Assembly (NCBI GenBank): GCA_964057225.1
Contig: OZ059898.1
Span: forward strand, 6,882,001-6,946,000
Direction of reading: 5' to 3'
DNA length: 64,000 bases
Source: Auanema rhodensis
Lineage: Eukaryota; Animalia; Nematoda
Shown: one piece after another, positions 34,353-47,190 of the stretch
Layout: every line of letters begins with the position of its first letter
How positions within the stretch are numbered: position 1 is the first letter of the stretch
Notes under the pieces: model-generated
What the model saw: the letters and a program-made list of their open reading frames with translations, nothing else
Database searches by the model: none
Told to the model about the DNA's origin: nothing
Translations under genes and position numbers: made by a program

Positions 34353-36985
34353 TTATTCAGTTGTAATACTTGGTGATGAACTTCTAAATTGAACATAATC
34401 ATCATCAACCTTAAATAATTATAATTTTATATAATATATAATATTAATTTATTATTTTAAATTATAAACCTGAATTGCTATTGCTTGTCTGGGACTCTTT
34501 GTTATACTTCCATTAGCATAAGAGAATTTTGCTCGTGGTGGTGTAGTATATACTTGACCAAATAAGAAGGGAACACTTATACTTCGTTCTTTGATATCAT
34601 CAGTCTTTAATCGTTTTGGTTTTCTGAAAAATTCTTTTTCTTTTTGAAAATAATTTTTTTTCTAATTAAAACCTTTTTAAACGTTGATTTGGTTTACGTT
34701 TTCCTAAATATGATGAATTATTATATCGATCATATTGTAATGGTGATAGTATTGGAGACTATAAATATATAAATATTATAATAAATATAATAAAATCTTA
34801 CTGTATGTTGAGTTTGTAATTGATTATCGTTGCTCATTGGAATATATATTCGTGTTATATTATTTTCTTTTTGAATTCGTTTAAAAGCTTCTTTCTGTTT
34901 TTCTCTAATTCTAGTTATATTATCTTCGGTTCGTTGCTGAAAAAAAATAATAAGATTTGAATATTAAATGCAACCGCTCTAAACAAATTAAATTTATAAA
35001 TAACGATAAATGATGAAAATTTAGTTTGAATTTGAACGTTATGCTAATTAGCTAACCTCAGCTTTTTCTTTTTTGAGATCTTCTTGTGAAATGGCACAAT
35101 AAGTGAAATAAACACGCTTTCGGTATCGTGATTTTGAATTAGCTAATGCCAATCTAGAATTATATTATAAAATATTATTAGTTATATGAATAATATTACT
35201 TGAATTTTCTATTATCGTTAAGAAAGTTAAAAACTTGTACTGTCATAAGACGAAGATAAAGCTGAACAAATAAAAATATTAAGGACAACAACGCTACAAG
35301 ACGAATCAACGGTGGATTCTTTTGACAATATATATTCTGAAATTATAAAATAAGAAATATAAATTATAATAATAAATTATAATATATTACTTCTTCATGA
35401 TATCCTCCAAGATCAGCTGCTAAAGCAAATGCAGCATCTAATAGAAGAAATACACAAGTAGTATATTGAAATAATAGTTGAACTCTTAATAATCTTGAAC
35501 GCCTTTCTAATATTGAGATCAAGAAAAAAACCTTAAATTATATAATTATATATAATAATATAAAAATAATCTCACTTTGAATGAATAGAATATGGAATAT
35601 TGTAACATTGTGACGAAAAATACAAAAAGTGGTACACCAGTCTCATCACATTGTGAAAAGGCAAACAAATAATGAATTATATTCAAAAAGAAGCATATAA
35701 ATCCAAATCCTGATTCTATTAATAATACTAGTAATGCCCTAAAATTATAATTTTTATATTAAATATATGTAAAAGCTTTTATAATTTTATAGAAAAAGAG
35801 ATTGAAAAGATAAAAACTTGAAAAATTAATTTGAATGAACTATTTGATTGATTATCTGATCATCAATACAATCACAGATCAATCTTTACGTTTTGAAATA
35901 GGAAACACATTGTTTTTCCAACATTTTAATTGAATTATAGTGAAACAAATGATTTTGACACACACACACACACCATGATGGAGTTGCTGGGACGGCTGTA
36001 CTTTTCCAGAAAAATGGCATTTGATACTTGGCCGAATTAGTATCAAATCGTTCAGCTCCTACTAGTTCATGAACTTCAAGTGGCGTATTTAAAGGCCATT
36101 GAAACTTAATTTCTGTAAGAATATATTAAAAAAACACATAATTATATAGATTATAATAAAAGTATAATAATTATTAAAAATACTTAATAATTAAGTTGAA
36201 ACTTGAAAGTTTACAGAGAAGATTTAGATGAGAATGAAGAACATCATTGACATTATTTTAATAAATTTCTAATTAAGATATGCTATTGACAAAATTATTT
36301 TATTTAGATAAGTTTCTTACCAGTTTCTTAGATTCAGGAAGTAAAAAATATCCCCCCTCTCTCTATATATATATATCTCTCTATCTTTCTATTAGTGTCT
36401 ATCAGCATCATTTTCTACCTACTTACTCATCCATTTCTTTCTTTATCTTTTCTATTTTCTTCTTCTATTTAACTCCTTCACTTCAATTCATTTCGTAATT
36501 CTTTTTCTTGAAAATTCTTCTCTCATGCATTTGACATCTGAGGCTTCTTTCGCTTAAATGAAACACGTATAACCTTTTACTCCATAGATTGCCTGTACAC
36601 AGAGTACACTGTTCTACATTCTGCAACACGAGGAAGTGATACTTCGACACAATTTTTATCCCGCAACCGGATTTTCGATTAGATGTACCCAAAGGATATT
36701 TATGAGTGTATCATGTATACATGTTCATGACTTCTATGACTTCTATGAATCTTAGCATATGTGTGCATCATCATCATCGTCACCATCCTATACATATGAC
36801 TATATTTCTAATATTTCTGATGAATAACATCTGGATTTTCAAATTAAAACGAAAACTAATCACTCTAGTCTAAACATCCGTAGCAATTTTCTTACAATAG
36901 AAATCGAGTAATTAGTGCCAAGAATTCAACGTGTGTCGACCGGTTCCGTTGTCGCTTCAATGCGTAATCGTCTTCTGCCACGACA

Positions 36986-37033
<48 letters not shown>

Positions 37034-38074
37034 CATCACCACTTCTGACTTCAAACGCTGTCAATCTACATGAGAATTGGCTTTCATAGTAAAATCAGTG
37101 AAATATCGTTGAATTCGAACAATGATGTAAGAGGTATTTATCGTAATTAACTCGAATTTTGTTTTAAAAAAAGCAGAAAAAAACTTTTCGCTCATCATCA
37201 TGTCTGATTTGTGCAAAACTAGAATTTTTGTTTTCTATGTGTCATCATAACAACAAAGTTTGAAAATTGAATTTTCAAATTATGACAATTTTGTCTAAAT
37301 ATAATATTAATTATGTAAGTTTAGCGTTTAAAAGTAATTTTAGTTAAATAAATAAAAATTAAAAATGTTTATAACATCAATCTTAATAATGAAATTCTTC
37401 CAATTTTCAGAGGAAGTTAAACTGGAATTTCACGTGAATACGGTTATCGGAAAAGCAGTCATGTCATTTGCAAAAGTAAATTTTCAAAAAAAAAACGGAA
37501 GGAGAAAAAAGAAAAGTTTTAATGAATTTTTGATTTATAGATCCTAATATCATCTAATTTGAATTTTTGAAATCAAATTTCAATCGAAATTCTGCAACAT
37601 AAAAACTTGAAAGCCATACTTCAATACAAAATAATTTTATTTAAGCTTTCTTCAACAGAGCATGTCTATTGTTTCATATTTGTAAACATTTCACTTTCAT
37701 TTGTAGACTATTTGATCGCTTTTAAAGAGAAATCGAAAAAGGAAATGCGAAAAAAGAGATATAGATTAAGGTCTATATCTCTATGGTTCGTATAATCGTG
37801 ATAAAGAGAAAAAGCTTCTCTCTTCCTAACCAGAAAGAACATTCTTTTCATTCCCTCTGTCTCTTTCTCTATGTATTTCTACGTAAATCCCTCTCTCTTC
37901 TTATTTCCCTTCTACCTTCTACTTCTTCTGCAACATAATTGGATCTTGTGGTTAAAACACATGTCGAATGAAAGCCGCCAAGCAACTCTTTTATCGCGTC
38001 AATGGATGCACCATAGACGATTGTGATTGATAATGCGATATCGATTTCCGGTATATTCCCTCTCTCCCTCGAAT

Positions 38075-38148
<74 letters not shown>

Positions 38149-38760
38149 GCTCTATTTCATCTTTTACTTTAAATTAGAAAAGTTAAAAGAAAAAGAAATA
38201 GAAATAAGTGAATGCCATTCACATACATACATTCATACATGTATAGTTAGCTAAGTTTACTATATAATTTCAAATTAGTTGTCCAAAATAATTTTTTTTC
38301 TATTGCGTTCAGAGTTAATTTGGTCAGTTGCTAAGTACATATATATATACACAAACTATAAATTCATTTCTTTGTTATTTAGAAATTTTATAAAAATGCT
38401 TCCTCTTTCTCCCTCTCTTTCTCTCTTTCATACCCTCTCTCTCTCTCTCTCCATCTTTTTCTCTCTCTTTAAATAATTTCTGTACTTTCTTATAAAACAA
38501 AATGTTTGTTTTAAGTGGATTTTTCGAAATAAGAATATTAGAAATAGAAATGTAATAAAGAACAAGATTAATGGCTATAATGACAACTAAAGTTTTTGGA
38601 AAAAAAAATAGATGTGTAACTTACGCTTACGATCTGCTAAATTATTCCATAATTCTTGACATTCCAAAGACAGTTTATTCTTGAGATCAACTATATATCT
38701 TCTGTATTCGGCCATTCTTGGCATATTCTCTGATGCTGAAAGCTTACGCTTTTTCATCAT
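34353..38760 (-). CDS. Uncharacterised nematode multi-TM protein with basic C-terminal tail
   Basis: Exon 38760-38623 ([16 protein letters not shown]...) ends in a phase-1 GTAAGT donor matching the phase-1 acceptor at ~36112 ([15 protein letters not shown]). TM exons follow ([25 protein letters not shown]; [26 protein letters not shown]; [18 protein letters not shown]). TAA at 34353. The first-exon link is inferred. Confidence 0.7.
36986..37031. repeat. C9 + (CT)n microsatellite
   Basis: Direct observation, inside the inferred 2.5-kb first intron. Confidence 0.95.
38079..38146. repeat. (CT)n microsatellite
   Basis: About 30 CT units. Confidence 0.95.
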
Positions 38761-39746
38761 CTGAATCTTCAATGATTTTCTTTTCTTCAGATGATAATGA
38801 TAATATAAATCGATTCAAAACGTCCTAATATATAGATATTATATTATAATTTAGATTCGAAAATCTGAAAAAAAATTATTTTGTTCTTAAAAATAATATT
38901 TTTACAAAGTAGTTTTATATTATAATATTAAAATATAGTATATAAATGAAATTATATTATATATAGTAAAATAGTTAGCTTATTCAAACTATTTTATTTG
39001 GTAAATGTGATTAAATTAAAAGAAAAATAATTATAAATATATAGTTAATAGATAGTATTTGAATATGAAAATGGAAATTTTCTTTAAAATGGTTTACTAA
39101 TCATTAAAAAATGGAAATTTTCATTTAATACAGACATAGTTGTCGGTGATTTGACAGAAACTGTCGACCACCCTAAGATAGAATTGTCCATGACGAAACT
39201 CCGCCCTTCTTTACTTTCTTCTGTATCGTAAGCCATCTCTCCATCTCTCTGTCACATTCTCTCTATCTTTCTCTCTCTATAAATCTATGTTCATGTTCCA
39301 AATTTTGCATTACATCAAATCATATTGAATATGACTCTATCTATTTCTTTCTTTCTCTCTATATAACTATCAATCTGATTATTTACGTATTCTCTCTCTA
39401 ACTCAACCCCCCCTCCTCTTCTCCTCTTTTTCCTTGTTTTTGCTTTGATCTAGCATGTGTCATTGCTGCTCGTCAGTTTCACTACTGATATACCTCATTG
39501 ATTTAGCTATTTTCCCTGATAGCCTGCCTTATCAATGAGAAGGTCATTCAAATATTTCCCTAAATGTTGTCTGGTATCCCTTTTGCAGAATAGATTTGCG
39601 AGTAAGTGAATTATTACCTTTTTCAATTTCTTGTTTCTTTTTATTTTTTCACTGTTTGGGGTTTTCTCTATTAAAGAACTCCCATAAAATTCAATATTGA
39701 AACCTTTGGTATCTACGTATAGATTGTATTTGAAAACGTAGATGTG

Positions 39747-39818
39747 TCCCATGTGGTCTAGTGGTTAGGATTCGTGGTTTTCACCCACGCGGCCCGGGTT
39801 CGATTCCCGGCATGGGAA
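39747..39818 (+). tRNA. tRNA-Glu (anticodon TTC)
   Basis: 72 nt, TCCCATG...CATGGGA-A acceptor stem. A box TGGTCTAGTGG; anticodon arm CGTGG-TTTTCAC-CCACG; B box GGTTCGATTCC; T-run terminator just downstream. Confidence 0.98.
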
Positions 39819-39911
39819 GTGTGTTTTGCACTTTTTGTTTAACAGATTTTATTTGAAATTGAGATTCCTTTTTGTTATCATGTAAAGTTATTTGAAACAT
39901 CAATGAAACAA

Positions 39912-40972
39912 TCAAAATTCCGGCTTTGGCTTTGCAGTTGTTTTCTTCTTTTCGTTGACGTTAATAGCTTCTGTAAAAATTTGAAAAATATTAAGATCTT
40001 TAAGATTTGTTTTGTTACTTTTCTCTAAGTCATTTCCAAAGTCGTAGCCACCGTCAACCGCAAGTATGCCTTTAGCTGGAGCAATCTAGAAGGAAAGATT
40101 TATAAAATTAAAATTAAAATTGTTATAACCATATCAATATCTTCATTAACTGTTGGATGAACAGCAAAAAACATAGTATAACGAAGTGAATGACTAACAG
40201 GTGAACTTAGTTTAAGAGCCTGAATTTAATTATTAATTTGTTTTTTATACTGGATATGTCTATTAAATTAAATTTTTAAAAATATTTTTATAATTTATTA
40301 TACCTGAAGTGCTTCTTCAACTTCATTAGAAGATAATGAAGGGTTGTTAAGTATATTATGAACCTTAATTATATATTATATATTCATATAGCATTTAATT
40401 AAATATATTACTTGATCATAAGCTTTAGGAAGTTCTTGAAGCACATTTAAAGTCTTCTGATGCCAATCTCTCAATGTTTCTCTGATTTTCTCAAAGTACA
40501 TTTTCAAATCATACTGAATATGATACATATAACAAAGATCAGATACATTTCAAAACCTGTATATCAGATCCTTGTTTCACAGCCCATTCTTCCAATTGTT
40601 GCTTCATTTCAGTGCGAGAAATATCACGATCATGAACGATTTCATAAAATTCTTTTCGAGCAATAGCACTAACTTTTCTATAAATATTATATAATACAAT
40701 AGTTACATGTAAAATTACTTTAGAAAAGTTGGAGCTGGAAAATGAGTATGATGATGATTTTCCAATTCTGTCTCATTCTTCACAGCATTTTGTGGAACAG
40801 GCACAAGCCGTGACATTACACGAGAATTCACATTATGCTTGATCTCTTGAAGAATTTCTGGAAAGAAAGCACATAAACAATGATCTGATCATATTCACCA
40901 ACCATCAATTTTAGCTGCTTGAGATAAAACCAGCAGAATATTTGTAATAAGTACAATAAGCAGTTTTCCCAT
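39912..40972 (-). CDS. SXP/RAL-2 (DUF148) family secreted protein
   Basis: Signal peptide MGKLLIVLITNILLVLSQA; family core PAPTFLKKVSAIARKEFYEIVHDRDISRTEMKQQLEEWAVKQG. TGA at 39912. Confidence 0.85.
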
Positions 40973-41542
40973 TTTCAGCAAAACTAAATGTTAAAATAAA
41001 ATAAAACAATAGATAATAAGACAGTAAATTATAAATAATTGAAAGAATATAAAATCTTTATTTCATTTGTTGTTAGGTAGTGTATAAATGAACAGTTCAA
41101 TCCACTCCCCTATCCCTTCTTTCTCAAATAAACATCTTAATTTCTTGTTTTTTTTTTTTCAAATAAATATCTTTATTTTTATACAAATATTTTAATTATA
41201 AATCATTAATTTTATATCAATACATAAAACATAATCCAAGGTAAAAAATTTTAAAAATTATAAAAGATTATAGGAAATTTGAGAAAATAGGAAAAAGTTG
41301 TAGATATTTTAAAAAAGAAGTTGTTGTAGATAGTAGTTATGGCAACCAATTTTCATTTATATGTATATTTTTATTTTAAAATGTATGATGAAATGATGAA
41401 ATGTATTCATATTAGATTTCATATCATATAAATCTCAATATGCAGATTTTTCGAGTTATCACCTGTTTTTAGAAAATTATGTGATAAGAAACTGATTGAA
41501 AATAAGATTTTTATAATTAAAACCATGTTTTCTTTAATTAAT

Positions 41543-41992
41543 TTATACAAAACTAATTGGACTATAAAACTTTTTGGATTGTTTAACTAAAATAAATTGT
41601 TGGAAACAACTGCTGATTATGAACTGAGAAATGAAGCCAATAATCACAGATGCTATATTCGATGTCAGCAACCATTTAACATCAACACATTTTCTTGGAA
41701 GAGTTGACAAGAGATTATGCTGAATTTCAGTATTATTTCCACTTCCTCTATAACGAACAGCAACACCATAACGAACATCCCATCTGCTCCAAGGATTGTT
41801 TACTTGAAAAAGAATATTTATTTTTCACAAATTCATTTGAACTTAGGTTTAGTTTAAAGTATTCTTAAAACAAACCTGTGTTAAGAGTCTCTTCGTCCAT
41901 CTTTAAATCAACATTCACATCATTGATGTATTTAGAACTAGCAACAGCTCGAAAACGACGACGAACAACCCCTATAGCAAGACATATGTATT

Positions 41993-42038
<46 letters not shown>

Positions 42039-43208
42039 ATATTTTTTAAAAATATAACAAAATACCTTGTTCTATCCAATTTGTCCAATCCGCATATTTT
42101 TTAACAATTGGACAATTCTGTTGGCATGGTCTATATTCAATTGGACATCCTTCACATGTCTCTGATAAACAATATCTCATCCTGATTACAATAATACATT
42201 TTGTTACAAAATTTTTTACAATTAGTCTTACCTTCTCGACATATCATTTACTTTATTTGAGCAAAAACAGTCTGTCCATTCATTCCAATCACTCCATGTT
42301 CCCCATACAAATGAGGGTATGAGTTCTGATGGTGAAGAGCAATTACGAGTTTGGCTAAATTCTCCTTCACAATAGCTATTGACACCTGTAACTCAGATAG
42401 TTATGTGAAAGCTGCAAAAACGAATTACTTGCCCAATGGATATGGATGATCGCATTGTCTTTGGCGTATTTCCTTATTTTCATGACAACTTGACCATTCA
42501 GACCAGCCTGACCAGCCACCAATGCGAGAACAATTTCTAAGCTGAAAATAATACCAATACCAATAAAAAAATTTTGTTTTTTGTTGGAAAAATAATAAAA
42601 TTAATGAGCTGAGTAAGATTTATAGAGTATTGACGCATTTATGCTAATCAAGTGGCGTTATACTTGCCCAGCTCGGCAGCCAAAAATCATTTAAAAATCT
42701 CACGCCACTCGAACGGTTCATTCAATATTCTATAAAAAAAAAGAACATTTAAACTAACTGCAATTTTTGGTTGCTCCTCTTCATATGGCATCAAAGTTAA
42801 TTCACATGTGCATATTAATCCATTTCGATTTTTGCATTGAGTTCGTAACATCTAAACCATATTATTCTCATTAATTTACTACAAATTTAAAAAAAATTAA
42901 TGTTTTATTTTTAAAATTAAACTAATTGAAAATTCTACTTTTTATTCTAAATAAAGTTTAATCAGTACATCAGAATACCCTTTGCACAATCACAATATTA
43001 TTTAATTAAGACTGATGTAAAGAACGTCTACTAGTAAAGATCTAGAAGATAACACAAAGTAATTCAGAAACAAAAAAAAACGAGATTTTTCCATTTTTAG
43101 ATGAAAAATAAAAAATATGATACTCACTTTAAGTTCAACTATTTCATTACTTGATAAATATCCTGGTAGTATAAGTAAGAAAACAATAACAATCGGCCAC
43201 ATCTTCAT
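41543..43208 (-). CDS. Thrombospondin type-1 repeat membrane protein
   Basis: Signal peptide MKMWPIVIVFLLILPGYLSS. TSP1 motifs GGWSGWSEWSSC...RQRQCDHPYP and WGTWSDWNEWTDC..RMRYC. C-terminal hydrophobic segment IASVIIGFISQFII. Confidence 0.8.
41998..42036. repeat. (TA)n microsatellite (intronic)
   Basis: Direct observation. Confidence 0.95.
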
Positions 43209-45247
43209 CAGATGAACAATAGTTGAAATGATATAGCATTGAAATACTCATCATTGAAGTTTCCTTAATAAACTAGCTTTTGCCACATCTGCTACTGTTC
43301 GTAACGGATGGACAACAGCTGATTGAAGTTTGTAGTATTGGCGAACTCATTCCATACCCAAACATGACCTTTTGCATCATTTTTCTGAGAATGATGAACA
43401 GCAGGTGTCAGACAGCAATAAGATTACAATTTATGTAATAATTACCTAATATTAGTAAAAAGAAAATAAATAATTCAACAAACTGTTTTTATTTTAAATC
43501 TTTTTAGCTTTCCAAGAAAAGTTCCAATAGAATTGTTGAAAGCTATTGAATTCAATTTAAAAAGTTTCATTACATGTATTTTTACAATTTTTGTTATTCT
43601 CTCTAGACATCCCTGTTCCATTCTCTCTGTACTACGTCGTTTTTGTCAGTTCTTCTCGTAGCCAAAGTATTCATAAATCCCCATGGAATGTTCATCCTCA
43701 ACACTTTTTTAAAGAAATAGAAGTGCTGTCATTGTCTCAAAAAGATACTCTCAACTGAGACTCAAGTCTTCTTATTCTATGATGAATTGCATTTCATGTA
43801 GGGCATTTGCACTGGCGACCAGACATAAACCAAACGAACAATGGTTTGCTCCCGTCTTACCTCATTTTCCTTTTCTGATAGATTTTTTTCCAAATTCGTA
43901 TGTGTGTGTCTTTATAGCTGAGAATGAAGTAATGTATATAATTTCTGATTCCCACCTTGTAGAATAACTCTTGATTTGTTTCGACAAAGTTTGAAGTTGA
44001 ACTCGCTGAACAACTCGTAGCAATTCGATATGTCTTAAACCACACCTATTTTACCCACGAAGCCTTTTTTCTTTCTCATTTCGCCCAGTTTTATGCCGTT
44101 TTTCTTGACAAGCTTCGACTAAAAAAGACATACTAACTGAAGCATAAGAATTTCAACACAAATTGAAAAACATTAAAAGAAAATAATTTTGCAAAACATC
44201 ACTTCAGCTATGGAGAGGTACAACAATATAGAAAAATAGCTTTGATATGTATTTTTTTTGTTCAATTTCAATTCAATACTTGATGTCCTGCGCGCTATAA
44301 AATATATATTAAAAATAAAATAAAGATTTGTCAGTACGTTTTTAAAGAAATTAAAATTTTCTTTTTAATATTTTATGAATTTCTGCTTGCTTTATGGAAT
44401 GGAAGAAGAAATTTTTAATAAAAAATTTCTTTCGGTGAAGCATTCGTTTATTCCTCCAAGTTGCTTCATTTACTTCAAAGAATCAAAACTATGATTTAGC
44501 ATTCATAAATCGCTCTACTACTAATTCCATTTGAAAGATATTTAAAACTTTTTGAACAAAGTATTTGCATAGATTTCCATTTTAGATGACAAATAAATAT
44601 CAGAATTCTTTTTAACACAACTGTTAACTCTAGCTGAATGTATTGAATTTTAAAAAAAAACCTGAGTCTAGTTTAGACGGATATTCCGGAGATAGAGATA
44701 CTTTGGAAATTACGAGATATATACACTCACATTCATATTTGTTTAGTTTCATCCGTTAATAAGAAAAAGATTCCATAGACGTATTAATTGAAATATCAAC
44801 TATTGTTATAATTTTTCTTTTTGGCAAAAATGACATTTTTTAATTGAAAATAACGGTTATATTTATATGAATAAAAGCTTTTCCTAAGAAACGTCTGCAG
44901 AAGAAAACCTTCCAATTTCAAGTATTAAGAGCTTAAGTATCATCTCAATCCATCTCAATAACTATGTTTACGAACTAATTACTATGCTTAAGGTCGTACT
45001 TTGCGTAATCTTTATATTTGAAAAGATTTTTTAAGTTACTTCTCTTTATAATTAAATTGATTTATATTTATATCAAATAGTATTTATAGTATTGATTTAA
45101 GTATAAATAATTAATTATAAATCAAATAATTTTTTAACTAACTTGCTTTATATATCCACAAATAAAAAACAAGCCCAACCTTGAAAGATTCGCGGACTAC
45201 TAAGCCGTAGGCGAATCACAGCCCACCAAATTGAAATCTTCATGTAT

Positions 45248-45252
<5 letters not shown>

Positions 45253-45297
<45 letters not shown>
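45253..45297. repeat. (TA)n microsatellite
   Basis: Direct observation. Confidence 0.95.
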
Positions 45298-45301
<4 letters not shown>

Positions 45302-45560
45302 CGAGATTGCAGAGATTCAGATTACTATGTTTTATTCTATCGATGAGGCATTCATGACATACGAGTAATCATTAGATCTTCTTTCCATGTGTATCATGCC
45401 TCTTTTCCTTATTTAACAATGATATATGTGTCTAAAATTAGTCTCCAATGGCATACTTTTTACTCTTTCGCTCATATCTCAAATAGCCTATCTCAGCTTG
45501 TCTCTCTTTTCAATTTTGAAGGTTCAACTTAGAAGAGAAACGGATATTTGTTAGAAGGCG

Positions 45561-45568
45561 TGACGTCA
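45561..45568. promoter_or_regulatory. Canonical CRE palindrome TGACGTCA in the long rcan-1 upstream region
   Basis: Exact 8-bp palindrome in a locally GC-richer island about 4.2 kb upstream of the rcan-1 ATG. Confidence 0.4.
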
Positions 45569-46417
45569 ACAGTTCGTTCTCTTATCGTCTGCGCTCTCCG
45601 CTCATGTTATACTGATTGCTCGTTTGCGGCTCTGCTTCTCTGGTTACTAACTATTGCTGTAGAGAACCAAGAAGAAATGGCAAGAACACATACTAGTCGA
45701 ACTATCCATCTTTCAAACTTTTAGTCTTCCTTCCATTCAGATTGTTTAAGTTTCTTATATTCTTTTAATTATTTTATAAAAATATATTTTCTTATGATAT
45801 TGTTTATATAGTTTCTTTAATATTTGTATAATTTTTTATTAAGAATAGTTTCTTTATATTAACTATTAAGTACTAAACACATTGATATTGCAAAAGAAAA
45901 AAAAAGAAAAAGAATTAAGAAAAGGAAGTTGATTTAACATTGAATGACATAATATTACTGAAACTTTATAATATTATTCACTAGTTCACTATGACCAAGC
46001 AATAGTTAATTAATTAAAAACTCTCAGCCAAGAATAACCTATGTAATAACAAAAAATATAACTAAGATAGATCAATATGTTAATTATAGAATTAAAACAA
46101 TAAATATATAAAATCTCCTGTTTTCTCTGAATAATGTTTCTAATTAGCTGATTCATACTTCATGCTGTCTGCTCTTCTTCCCCAACATTCGCATATTTTG
46201 AAAATTATAAAAGCTCCTTACGCGTTGTCGACGAAGACTGAAGACGTGAGAACCCTTGTCTCAAATCTTCAGAAATTCCACAACAATTATGTGAGGAACA
46301 TGTAATTTTATAAAAGTTTCTTTTATAAACTCATATATGCATATACAATTTATTCATTTTCTTTTATTTCTTCAAATAAAAATTCGAATTTGCAAAGAAA
46401 TTGAAAAAAATTTTACG

Positions 46418-47190
46418 TGAATTATTCTTGTAAGCCTTGTTCTTCACCGAGTCGTTTCAGGCAGTTTGTGGCTGCCCATCGCTCAATTAGGCAAATAAAC
46501 TTGGAAAAGATTGTTTTTTCTGTCGTTGCTCTCAGCTTTGGCGCTAGCACTCGTCGTTTTTTTTTCGCGCCAATTCTTTCGTCATCAGAACTCAATTTGG
46601 ATCTAAAGACTAAACTTACTGGGTTCTTAGATGCTTTTCGTGAATTCTACGAAAGGTAATTGGATTTTAAGTTCCAGAATGGGGGAAAGAAGGTCCCTAG
46701 ATGATAGCTTCCTTATTGACTATTTGTAGCATTAGGCAGTATATTACTTGATAATCTTCATTGCAATTCAATATTAGCAACGCTTTGCAATGAAGGATCA
46801 ATATGCGTCAGGCTACCTCTAACACCTCCCAGTGTTGTTGCATAGTCTGAACCCTTGTAATCGTGGGACATATGCTGAAGCCTTTTTTGTTGCTCTTAGC
46901 TTTATTCTTCTTATTGACCAATTTACTTGTTTTTCTCTGTCTGTTTGTTTTTCCGACATTAAGTAATTATGCATTGTCTGCGATTTTTTTGTTAAAGCTT
47001 TATGGTCTAGATTGTCAAGCTCATTCAAAATTTCAGACGTTCTCACATTTTCTAACTCAAGCTTCACGCCAATAGTTTCATTTTTTAACGTTTTATCGGA
47101 TTTCATTCCGCCGATTTCACCCGCGTAGCCGTGCTCCTTGTTCTCAAGATATCCAATTCACACGCAATTATCGGAATTCTCATTGTTATG
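46418..47190 (-). pseudogene. Degenerate intronless coding relic (possible retroelement ORF1/gag-like or orphan pseudogene)
   Basis: GC-richer block with a 95-aa charged helical ORF (46819-47106) and further broken reading frames (…SLVFRSKLSSDDERIGAKKKRR…). It has no splice structure, unlike host genes. Confidence 0.3.

Noticed and set aside
43600-44120. Moderately GC-richer block with 62-aa ORFs on both strands
   Set aside because: No consistent spliced frame or recognisable motif; cannot be called a gene or transposon.
46570-46595. Minus-strand CTGATGA..GAAA hammerhead-like core
   Set aside because: No stem II between the motifs and no flanking stems.
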